A stretch of 64,000 nt of DNA from Paragordius varius (lineage: Eukaryota > Animalia > Nematomorpha): positions 496,001 to 560,000 of the forward strand of contig OZ176053.1 in assembly GCA_964247055.1 (NCBI GenBank), written 5' to 3'. The notes under the pieces are model-generated. The model ran no database searches. It had not been told where the DNA came from and saw only the letters and a program-made list of their open reading frames with translations. Shown in pieces: positions 23,718 to 57,864 of the stretch. The stretch's first letter is position 1. Every line of letters begins with the position of its first letter. Position numbers and translations under genes: made by a program.

Positions 23718-26700
23718 ATGAACAATAAAACTGATTTGAATTTTAAAAATATTGATTTTATCCAAGTTCGCAGGAAAAAAATTCCATCGCTACGTTCTCC
23801 TCAGCCAAATCTTGGTTTTTGGCTAGCTGAGTTTCAAGTATGTCTTTATAATGTTATATATATTTGAATATTAATAATTTTATGTGTTATTTATCTGACT
23901 TTTATTCTAAATAGTTATGGGATAACGCTGAAAGATTATTGGCCCTGCAAGAAGTCATAAAAATTTGTGAACCATCGCAAGTCAGGCATATGATGTCCAT
24001 TATTGAACCACTGTTTCAAAGAGATTTTATATCACTCTTACCCAGAGAGGTTTTTTTAAAATAAAATTTGCAACATTAAACTTTATCAATGTATAACTAA
24101 TTTTGATTTAAATATATTGCATATAGCTGGCGTTAAAAGTTTTGAACTTTTTATCACCGGTCGATTTGATTAGATCCGCTCAAACTTGTGGCAAATGGCG
24201 CATCTTAGCCCAAGATAATTTGTTGTGGCGTGAAAAGTGTCGTCATTTCAATATCCAACCCACATCGTCTGCTTCTTACGGCCTAAACAGCTGTCATCAA
24301 CAACGCATGCTCAAATTTTGGAATAGCACCGATAGCAGACGATTTTTGTCTCCAACCATCATTTCAGGTTTTCTCAAAATATATTTATCTGAAATAGTAT
24401 TTTATTTCAAGTTGCAATTTGCGGTACTATTTAAAAAACTGGCGATAATTTATAATAAAAATATTTATATTCTAACTTGGTAAATTTTATTATATCAATA
24501 TTGATATGTGAAATATGGAAGGGACTATACATGCTAATCAAACTTTTCAAAAATATTTTAAAGCAGTTTATTGAAAATAGTTGATTTTGATTGATAAAGT
24601 AAAAAGTTTGTTTAAATAAACGTTCATATTTATATATATATAAATTAGATGAAGACATAGATTGGAGAGGCATTTATTTACGACACAAAAGGATTGAATG
24701 GAATTGGCGCAAAAAACCTATCAACAATGTCAAGGTTGATAAAATTTTAATTATTATTTACATTAATATTTGCAATAAACATTTACTGCGATAGATTTTA
24801 CGGGGCCACGATGACCATGTGATTACATGCCTACAATTTGATGGACGAATCATTGTTTCTGGGAGCGATGATAATACCCTTAAGGTGTGGTGCGCTCAAA
24901 CGGGGCGGTGTTTAGCCACACTCACAGGTCATTCTGGGGGCGTCTGGTCATGTGAGATACAAACACGCCCTCTCACATCATGTCACGCCACAGATGTTGG
25001 TGCTGGCGGAGATCACATGCAGTCACAAAAACATGTGATCGCAGCTGATGTAGGACAACAAGAAACGGTAATACAAAGAGTTTTTGTATTTGTATTTATG
25101 TGAGAGTTGCTAAATATAATTTTTTGTTTTGAAAAATTATGATTTTTTGCACATTTTGATTAAGTTATCTTAACAAAATCGAATATATCCATGTACATAC
25201 ACATTTTTATTTATATTTACGATCTAAAAGACCTATAAACCCAATAGTAATAGCTCCTCTGTCTTTATTTTTCGCAATAATTTATTCTAATCCTAAATTT
25301 ACAGAACAAAAACTTGACAACTTCTTGGGTCAATGACTGTGATGCAGACGACTGTAATTATCAAAATGGCGCCGATGTTCCCCAACTCCTTACCGTCGTA
25401 AGCGGTTCCACTGATCGAACGCTTAAGGTATGCATGTTTTTTATGTTTTATGCCAAATTATATGCGTATTTTTTAATTATTGTTATATGTTTGCTTTACG
25501 GTTTTAAGCGTTAAAATAACCAATTAGCCCGTGAAAATAATTCAATTTTTTTAGATACTTCTCACATAATACAACAAATTTCAATAAAAAAAAATATAAT
25601 TACTAACAGTCAATATTCATTTCATTTATTATGTTATTTTACATTTCATTTTACAACAGATTACATACTAAACTGGTATAAATGTCATTTGAAACAGGTG
25701 TGGGTCAACCCTTTATTCATTTAGTTTTAATATAATTTTTTTTTCAAAAAAAAATCAATTAATTACTAGGTTTGGCAAGTTATCATTCCACCCATCTCAT
25801 CTCTTTCCAACACTTCTCCTCCTCATTCAGTATTATCAGTATTAGGAACAGCACGTGATTCCATGTCATCACGTGCACACGACAGTATTTATCGAGGAGA
25901 GCCACAAGAACAAGGGCAAGAAATAAATATTTCCTCAAACCCTGGACCAACATTGATACAGACTACACATTTAAATAGCAATCACAATCGATGTTCTAAT
26001 GAAAATCTTTCCACAAATAACCAACATAACGAATCTTGTATTCATAATGCGGGTTTGCATACTTCAAATTTTTGTAACTTGCTTGGCAATCATCATAAAA
26101 CATTTTAATTATATTATTCATTTTATTGCCAAAATTAAATTTTTGGGAAAATTTGAGTTAATTATATCATATGATATTTTAATATGAAATCCTAGGTGAT
26201 AATTATCATCAAGCCAATAACAACAATGTACAACCTTCAGCCATGAGAAACTTATCAGGTGTTATTAACAATGCGGCAGCAGCTGATTCCATGAATGAAA
26301 ACATTGACGTGACTGACAATGTCGCAGATTTATCGACTTGGTCATGTCTTTACACACTCGTAGGCCACACTTCAACCGTACGCTGTATGAGCCTAAAAGG
26401 GGAAAAGTATAATTTTTTTGTTGATTTTTTGCCAAAAACGCATTGATATTCGGAAAAGGGTTAAATATTTTTCGTGTTTGAAAGAGATCTATGTAATGAT
26501 TTGTATCAGGCCTCGCAATAAATTATTTATTTTTTAGTTTTTTAACTTAATGTCTGTGAAATTAATTAATGACACAAAACATATGATTAATCAGGACGGG
26601 ACTTTATTTAACTCCTACAGTTTTTTTTATATATAATTTCCACATTTTGCTTTTAAAACAACATTAATAAACGTATATGTACAATAAATAGAGTTGTTAG

Positions 26701-28177
26701 TGGGAGTCGAGATGCCACACTTCGCATCTGGGATATTAGGGCAGGCACGTGTCTTGGAGTCATGATTGGTCACGTGGCCGCTGTCCGCTGTGTGGCTTAC
26801 GAACCAGCTGTTGAGCGCATCGTTTCAGGGGCCTATGATTACACTGTCAAGGTTTGGGATGCAATAACGCGTGAATGCTTACACACACTCCATGGTCACA
26901 CAAACAGGGTTTATTCTTTACAAGTGAGTTATTTTTGTTTAGTGAATCATTCATTCATCCCTTAAACCGTGTGTTAATAAACAGCTGATATGGACGTGAT
27001 TTGGTTTGATTATTTTTTATTGCAAGTCACACCGGCTAGTTATTGTTTACGGTGAAAAACGTGACCAATATTACCATTAAAGTTTAGAGTTAGTATACTT
27101 GGCTTTTTAACTTAATCCGTTACAAATTAAAAAAACTTTTAAAATTTTTTGTTTAATGCTATAAACAACCTAATTTACCATATAGTTTGATGGGCAATAC
27201 ATTGTTAGCGGGAGCTTAGATACCACCATCCGCGTGTGGGATTGTGAAACAGGTGTTTGTCTCCACACTTTGGTTGGGCATCAGAGCCTCACTTCACGTA
27301 TGGAACTTTCCACGCCAACCCCTACAAACAGCTGTTTTTCAACTTCTAATAGCCATCATATTGCAAATAATTCAAATTATTACACCACCACCCAGAATAA
27401 TACTGGCTCTAGGGCTCTAAATGGCCCCACTTCGATTTCACGGCGCCAAAATGCGCTTCAAAACCGCGGAACTGACAACAATAATGATTGTCGCATTTTA
27501 GTTTCGGGGAATGCGGACTCCACAGTTAAAATTTGGAATATCCGCACGGGTCAATGCTTACACACTTTACAGGGTAATAGAATCAAAAAAGGGACCTTAT
27601 TTAACTTTTTTATCCATTAATTTTGGAGTTTTTAAGTTTGCTATCCAAAGTTATGAATGGTTTTATAAATTTTACAATTTTAACGGGTTTTAACTTCATG
27701 AATTTTAAAATTAGTGCTTTAGGAGAGCAGTATATTAGGATAAAAGTTTTTCGTTTTTATAAAAAATCATGCGAATTCTCCTAAAATTTGACCCAACAAC
27801 ACACTTTAAAACAGTATTGCGTGAGAAAAAGTTTGGAAATGACTAAATTTAAAAAAATGGGCTAAATAAATTTATCGTCGCATATAATATGTCACAGGTC
27901 TCCATAAACACCAAAGTGCAGTAACCTGCCTTCAATATGACGGCGAACGGAAAACAGTTATAACCTCATCGGATGATGGAACCGTTAAGCTTTGGGACGC
28001 TAAAACCGGCGAGTTTATTCGCGATTTGGTTCATTTACATTCTGGCGGTTCGGGTGGAGTCGTTTGGCGCATTAAGGGTAAGCGATTATTAAGTTGTGGT
28101 TTTTTAGATTAATATCTTTAAAAAAATTGGTTCTAGTTTTTATAATCTCTAAAATAGAATTTTTAATGCAATTTTAT

Positions 28178-28220
<43 letters not shown>

Positions 28221-28655
28221 TTTTACAATCCTTAAAAATACCTTAAAAAATAGCTTGTTGTGATATGCTTAAAACCCATGTAATTGGAGAATTATTTATG
28301 GGGAATGTTCTACATTTTATAATATCGTTTTTTCAACAAATACAGACATATTTTTATTTTTCATGCAATCTCTTATCAACATTTTATTTTTATCATTATT
28401 TAAACAATTGTATATTATTTAGCAACAAACACTCAACTGGTCTGTGCAGTTGGGAGTCGAAACGGAACCGAAGATACCAAATTATTAGTCCTTAATTTTG
28501 AACCAACGGAAGAAATGTTAGTGATTAATAACCCTTGTTCAAATAACCCTTCTTCTAATAATAATAATAATTTTTTGGGTGGATTAGACATGGGAGATTC
28601 AAATTCAAATTCGAATAATAAAATACCTTTATCTACCACAACTTTTATTTCATAA
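23718..28655 (+). CDS. FBXW7: F-box/WD repeat protein 7 (SCF substrate receptor), 12 exons, about 834 aa
   Basis: Exons 23718-23837, 23915-24049, 24127-24367, 24649-24734, 24795-25067, 25305-25427, 25770-26052, 26196-26406, 26692-26923, 27186-27573, 27898-28077, 28423-28655. D-domain and F-box ([25 protein letters not shown]), [55 protein letters not shown]. An additional upstream exon cannot be excluded. Confidence 0.95.
28180..28218. repeat. (TA)n microsatellite
   Basis: Pure TA run; similar runs near 4231-4263, 5703-5729, 9462-9492, 21878-21905, 32983-33010, 45075-45100. Confidence 0.95.
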
Positions 28656-28681
28656 ATACCCTTTTTTCAAAAAAATATATA

Positions 28682-29021
28682 CCATTTACAGTTCAAATTC
28701 ACCCTTGAACAATTCAAATTCACCCTCGAACAATTCAAATTCACCCTAATAATTATGTGTTTTTGAACTAACTAACTCATTATTAATATAAATATCTTTA
28801 TGGCATAATTTATTATTTTTTCTGTATTATTTTAATTTAAAACAAAATTTTATTTTTTAAAAATATATAAAAATATAGGTAATTTTTAATTTCAAAAAAC
28901 AAGTTATTTATTTTAGGGTAAACTTGAATGCTTCGAGGGTTTATTCGAATTGTTCAAGGGTGAATTTGAATTGTTCAAGGGTGAATTGAATTGTTTAAGA
29001 GTGAATTTTAACTGTAAATGG
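28682..29021. mobile_element. Family B CCATTT-ended MITE just downstream of the FBXW7 stop codon
   Basis: TA|CCATTTACAGTTCAAATTCACCC ... GTGAATTTTAACTGTAAATGG|TA with 21-bp units in both arms. Confidence 0.85.
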
Positions 29022-30474
29022 TATATAAATGAAAGTGACAAGGTTAACATTTTTTTGCATAATATAAAATCTGGTCATTTAACATTTATTTTTGTAGTAT
29101 TGTGTGAAATTTACATTTGCAAAAAGATTTTTTACGATGCATATATATATGGATTTTAAATTGTGTCGATATATTACAAATTGACTTCCTAGCATTTATG
29201 ATCTAATATTTGTATGTTTCTTTCTTTATATATTTTTTATACCTAAAAATAATTATATATATTTACTAATGCAAAAACCACACTTATATTTATTTGCTAG
29301 AATGATAACATTTAAAACCACCATTGCATATATGTATAAATAGCTGTTAGATAATATTTCCTCCTTATTATGATACTAATAGTATGATGACTAATATTAA
29401 ATAATAAATAATATTTATTAATATATTTATTCGAATTTTTAATTCATACATTTTTTTTAGAAAATCTAAAATGGTTTTGAGATAGTTTCAAAAAATCCTT
29501 TTCGACTTTTCTTGTTAGCTTCATTTTTCCAGATAATATTTTAATTGGGCTTTAACTTTATAATGTGATTTCTTTATAAATATTCGTTTCGCATTAATTT
29601 TATTTGACAATGTAAGAGTAATCTTGGATAAAAAAAACAAACCTATCCATGATAAATTACAAGGCGCTAATAGTTTTAAAACTATTCTCCCTAAGTCTAT
29701 ATTCCTAATTATTAGAGAAAAATAGATATCAATTGTTTTTGCACATAAATAGATTGGTGCCGGTTCTTAGAAATATAAGGATAAGCCTTATTTTTTCCAT
29801 GTGTAATATCTGATTTTAAGTTTTAGTTTAAATACTATTACTAACGATACATTAATGAAAAAATTATTTATCTATATTCAGTATTTGTTTGTTACCTTTA
29901 TATATGGCATCATTTTATTTTAGTAAATGACTTTATAAATGCAGATTTTGACTTACAGTTAAAAATGATGTCATATTAATATAACTAAATATTTAAAGAC
30001 GCATAATTTATAAAAGGCAAGCATATTTCTTAAAACTTGATTTTTTTCAACTCCTTTTGGAAAAACAATTAATTATGTATTTTACAATTGTGATTAAATG
30101 ATGTTTATTAGAGTTAAATAGTATAAAAAATTTGCCATATTCGTATAATTTTAATTTTTACTGTAAATTTTTGCCTAATTTTTTAAATTTACGAAAATAT
30201 TTAATTTTGGGACATTTATCTTGTACCAATTGACAATTCATATAAACTGTTTTTTTCAACTTACCAATGGTGATATATATATATATATATATATGTTAGA
30301 AATAGACATTGCAATCGAAACCCAAAAGTTTTGGTTTTTTGTCCTAGGCTTAATTTTTTATAAGTGTAATAAATGTTAATAAACAATCAATTTCGTTGTG
30401 ACAGTTTCTAATTTTTTGTTTCAACTTGTGACAATAAAACAACTGATCACTTTGTAGTATTTGGCGCTTTAAAT

Positions 30475-52943
<22,469 letters not shown>

Positions 52944-53318
52944 ATGAAAGAGCACACAATACATCATCTGATATTAAAGATATATCCATTTCAATTTTTA
53001 CCATTTTTGGAAGATATATTTATACAAGAAAACTGCAAAAATATGGTATTTGGATGAACCACTTTTTTAAAATCTAACCCCCAAAACGATTGCAGCATGA
53101 TTTTTGTGAAATGTAACATTATTTTACGTAGATGTGTTAGTTTTTAACTAATGTATCCGTGTTCATATAAGCATATTTTCCATATGAAACAATATCATCA
53201 CATTTTATTATACATTATTATTACATTGCATACTTTTATATATTAAATAAACAATAAATCACAACAAAACCCATTTGAAAATTTTGATTAGCTTTTAAAA
53301 TCGATTCATTGATGGTTT

Positions 53319-56061
53319 TTATTTTGATTTTTTGGATGTTTTGTCCAACCCTTCAACCAGATATGGTGTAACGCTCTCCATCAGCTCCTGTTGAAAAATA
53401 TCATTTGAAAATTTGACTTTGACACTTTGAAGGGCTGATTCTCGAATCATATTCCGTTCGTTTGGATTCATTTCACATATGATGTGATACATTGTTTCTG
53501 CATATTCTTGCGGTGTTTGCGCCAAAAATCCAACTTTCTTGCCTTACGGGGAAAAATATAAAATTTAATGTATCGATTTTTACAAAAAATAAATAAATTT
53601 AAGCTAAATACCATTGTAAGGTACTAGGATATCCATTTTAGGTCCACCGGAATTATTTGCTACAACTATCATACCAGCAGCCATAGATTCGACTATGCCT
53701 GCAAAATCACAAAAAAAAATAAATGGATTATTCTTCTATTCATATGGAATTGCATTATATTTGGTCTGAAATTTTGAAAAACATAAAATAAAATTAACAA
53801 GTATTAATTATTGCAAACAAAAACTCAAGTCTTTTAAAGAAAGATAAAATTACTACAAAACATTTTTTATTACTTATGTGATTTTTCCCATTACAGATAA
53901 CTTATAATTTTTAAATTACGCATTAAACTTTGATGAATTAAGAGTTACTATATGTATAAATCAAACTGTAACAAAATATCAATCAAATTTTAAATAGATG
54001 AATGTAAAAAAAATGAAAATAATAGCTTTTACTTATGCCAAAATGTTCATCATACATGGTATGGATACCAATCAAGGCTTGAGAAGCCAGGCTTAAGATT
54101 TGAGGGAAAGGAATGTTTATAACGAAATCGACTTGACTTGTAATGTTTAATTCGGCAGCTAAATCTCGAAGTGCTTGAATTCGGCAAGCATCAACCTCAT
54201 GTCTACAACTCCCTATAAGGACAAGTCTAAGGCGGTCTACTAAGGCAGTCTCATTCGCTGTGGTAAAATATACAGTAATTGAAAAAGGGAAAAAACGTAA
54301 AAACTAAAAGACAACCACAATTCATTCTAAAAAGATATAACCATGAATTAACTAGGTTTTTGATTGCAAATAGAGATGTACAAGTTTATTCCTAAGAGTT
54401 ATGAAGAAAAAATCAAGGTTTATAAAACAAAACAAAAATATTTGTCGTTTATTTTTGCGTTTTATGTAATAATTTTAATTTTTACTGTATTTATCGTGAT
54501 CGCTTTTAAACCGTTTAAGCAGAGCTGCAAATGACTGCAACTGTTTACGATGATCTTTTTCGGGTCGGAATTGACTAATGGATAAGATTGAAATGGTCGA
54601 TTCGGTATTCTCGAGATTTTTAACATTTTCCAGAGATTTTTCTGCCGTGTTTGATGCCTTAGAAAAGGTTTCAACATCACAAGGTGGGTATAAGATTTGA
54701 ATATTCTTTGTATGAGACATTTTCCAAACCTTAGTTATGTGTCCATACGTCCAGGAAGAATTTACAAAAACTAATGTGGCAGAACGACCGACCCAACCAT
54801 AAAGTGCCATAAATATACGGTAATACACGATTTTAGCTTGTGTCAATACTGGGTGCCGTGCAATGAAAGCTAAATAAATACATTTAGGTGAAAAATGCAT
54901 TCAAAAAAAAAGTGATAGCCAGGAATTAACACCGTTCAGGAGGTTTCAGAATCATTTTTTTTAATGAAAAAGAACATTTTTAACTAACTCCTTTGCAAGG
55001 TATATATTTTCGTAATGATTCCATGTTTTACAGTCAACAAGTATCCTCTATTTTATCAAAAATTTATTTTCTTACGTTAAATAAGTATAAATAGTTTGCA
55101 AAGAATGGGAATAACAAGAGCTCTATGGTATTAATAATATCATATTAATTAAAAAAGTATAGAATTACCATAGAGCTCTTGTTTCCATTCTTTACCAAAT
55201 ATTTATACCCATTTAAGGCAAAATAAATAAATTTTTGATAAAATAATAGATACATGACTGTATTATTTTTATATGATATTCGTTTAGGATATACGTGTCT
55301 TGCAACTTTTGTATTTGATTTAACATAAAAATAGACAATAAAATTAAGATTTTTATAACTTATATTTTTAGAAAGTTGCAACGGTTGTAAATTTTAGTTC
55401 CGCGATTATAAAAATAATTTCGGTAACCATCCTTGAAAAAAAATTCGTTATATCTTGTTTCTTACTTACCAGCATTATTGTAGTCAATTTGATTTTTTCG
55501 TATTCGATTAATCATGTCCGAACTTATGATTGGGTAATGGACATAGGCAAAAACAAAAGGACAGACAAGTTTAAAAATGGGATAGGCAAAAGCGTATCCA
55601 GAAGTATCAAACATTATAAATGGTTGATATTTTGAAACAGCTTCAAGACCAAGAAATATAGAGCCTATACTTTGGCCCAAAAGCGTAAAATATGGATAAC
55701 ATTGTGATTCAACCAATTTTCTCATCCGTAAGTTTACAATTCTGACACCTTTCACTTTTATATCCATGCCAAATTTCTTTTTTACATTAGCAATCATTTG
55801 CTGCACTGTAATTTGATCTCCGGTAAATATGTAAATTAGGTATTCGGGATATTTTGTTTGAATTGATTTTACAGCAAACCATAAAACTCGTTCGCCTCCG
55901 CCTCCATCATTGGCGTATGGATGAAAAAATCCGATCGAATTATCATAACGCGTTAATTTTTTTATAACCAGGAAAGTTATGAATGATAGAAAACTGACCA
56001 CGATATACATGGCATATTTGAAATATAGTAGGTAAGCCAAATCAAAAATATCCTCATACAT
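53319..56061 (-). CDS. ALG11: GDP-Man:Man3GlcNAc2-PP-Dol alpha-1,2-mannosyltransferase, 5 exons, about 497-503 aa
   Basis: Exons 56061-55470, 54869-54486 (or 54504), 54257-54033, 53698-53612, 53542-53319. N-terminal TM; [19 protein letters not shown]; [13 protein letters not shown]; [12 protein letters not shown]; [11 protein letters not shown]; GT4 EX7E motif EHFGISIVE; NSGGPKMDI. Confidence 0.95.
54273..54487. mobile_element. Family C MITE occupying almost all of ALG11 intron 2
   Basis: TA|CAGTAATTGAAAAAGGGAAAAAACGTAAAAAC ... TAATTTTAATTTTTACTG|TA. Confidence 0.75.
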
Positions 56062-56148
56062 GTCGAGTGTAAAATACGTTCACGATCTCAGTTGTTTTTA
56101 CATGTGTATTTTTTACAAACGGAACAAAGAAAATCTTTAAGAAATTTA

Positions 56149-56451
56149 ATGGAGCTATATATTGCAATTCCTCTATTTACAACGCTCCTTATTATAATTA
56201 TTTATATTAAAAAGACATTCTTATCGGAAGATAAAATAAAGCCAAAATATACTTCATCATCAAATAATAATACCACGCATGTTAAACCGTCTGATGTGGC
56301 AAAACAAATGGGGGATATTTCTGAGGACGATCCGGAATACATGGCATTCAAGAATGAAATGGCCGGTAAATTTGGGGCTAAAACTCTCGAAAGGTTAGAG
56401 CATTCTGAAACCAAAAATCGGCCATTAAAATTAAGGACACCAAAAATTTAA
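56149..56451 (+). CDS. Orphan small protein (100 aa) with an N-terminal signal anchor, divergent from ALG11
   Basis: ORF track frame 56092-56451; the likely start MELYIAIPLFTTLLIIIIYIKK gives a hydrophobic anchor followed by KK and a charged tail; GC-richer than its flanks. Confidence 0.6.
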   Translation: MELYIAIPLFTTLLIIIIYIKKTFLSEDKIKPKYTSSSNNNTTHVKPSDVAKQMGDISEDDPEYMAFKNEMAGKFGAKTLERLEHSETKNRPLKLRTPKI

Positions 56452-57057
56452 ACCAAAAAATGTCATTGTCACTTTTTTATCAAAATTCTCACAATCGATT
56501 CATTCAATTTATAATAACTCAATGTGCATATATGTGATTTTGTATCATCATTCACTTTTGTAACTCAACACATGGTCCAATAAATAATTTACACATATAT
56601 AAAGGCTACAGTTACTTTACAGTCCAAGATATGGCGAATTTTTTCTTATATTTAAGTACAAACTTATCGGAATTTCTAAAATATTAATTCTTTAGATAGT
56701 CTCTAAATAGATTGGTCCTTCCTTCATATCTAAGTTTTTTTGATTATTTTGCTTAATTCAGGAAATATATTTTGATTTATACATTCGGAACTCTAAATTC
56801 TTTATATGTAAAAATTTAACTTGACTAATTTTTTGAAACTAAAAATTGGTTCTACCATGTTTACATAGTCCCTCCTCCTTTCGGGTTTCTTTAATTATAT
56901 TATCATTCTTTTAAAGTCTCGCTTGTGTGGATTATTTTATTGAAAGAATATTTTAAATACAATTATTTTATAATCCTTTTTTTTATACATAGAGTGAAAT
57001 AATTATTAATGCATTGATGAGTCATTAGGTAAAAATGTTTAACCACAAATTTTAATA

Positions 57058-57332
57058 CAGTAAAAATTAAAATTATACGGACAAAACGTAAAAATATAAG
57101 GACAAATATTTTTTCTAACAGACAAACATACTTTATAAAATCTTAATTTTTCTCATATAAGCTTTTTAGTTACAATTGTCAAATATTGAATTGATTGGGA
57201 TGATTATATATATATCTATTTCACACTTTGTCATTTAAAACAATGATTTATATTGAAAAAGCAAAAGTATGGTTGTATATTAAAAAAAATTGTTTTATAT
57301 TTTTACGTTTTGTCCGTATTTATTTTTTACTG
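57058..57332. mobile_element. Family C MITE, full length
   Basis: TA|CAGTAAAAATTAAAATTATACGGACAAAACG ... CGTTTTGTCCGTATTTATTTTTTACTG|TA. Confidence 0.85.
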
Positions 57333-57864
57333 TAAATTTGACAATGTTTGTAACCTCGTACAAAACTGCAAATTCTCTCCATAATCAGTTGATTATCTTT
57401 TCGGATTTTAAAATAAGGTCGAGTTTTTGACTTTTTATAATGGTTAATAAAAAATAGTTTGTGGATCGATATTTTGGAAACCTCACCATAAGCCAAAATC
57501 AATATAAGAATTGTATAATGATCGAAAGCTTGAATGATAATTAAAATTTACTTAAAACAATTCAGTATTATTTATTTTTATAAAAAGGGTGGTTACATAA
57601 TGTCAATATTAATAACCCATGTATAATTTATTATGCGGGTAGGTCCACCTATGTTCTCTGTAAATGTGCCCCCTAAAACCATTTTGAAAGAATGAATGTA
57701 TTTTTGATTAACAAGTGTTAATGAATTTGAATGGTTTTAAGCTTCCAGATAAAAATACTTAAAAATTAACAATCATAAATGCAATATTCACTCTAAACAA
57801 CTTTAATCTTTTTCAGTTAAAAAATGCTTAAATTGGCCAGTTCTAAAATATATATATATATATA

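Noticed and set aside
25690-25730. CAG|GTGTGG 72 bp upstream of the real FBXW7 acceptor TAG|GTTTGG (both would start Val-Trp)
   Set aside because: Similarity is only about 6 nt and the frame stops after 8 codons; it cannot be distinguished from chance, unlike the RPB1 duplications.
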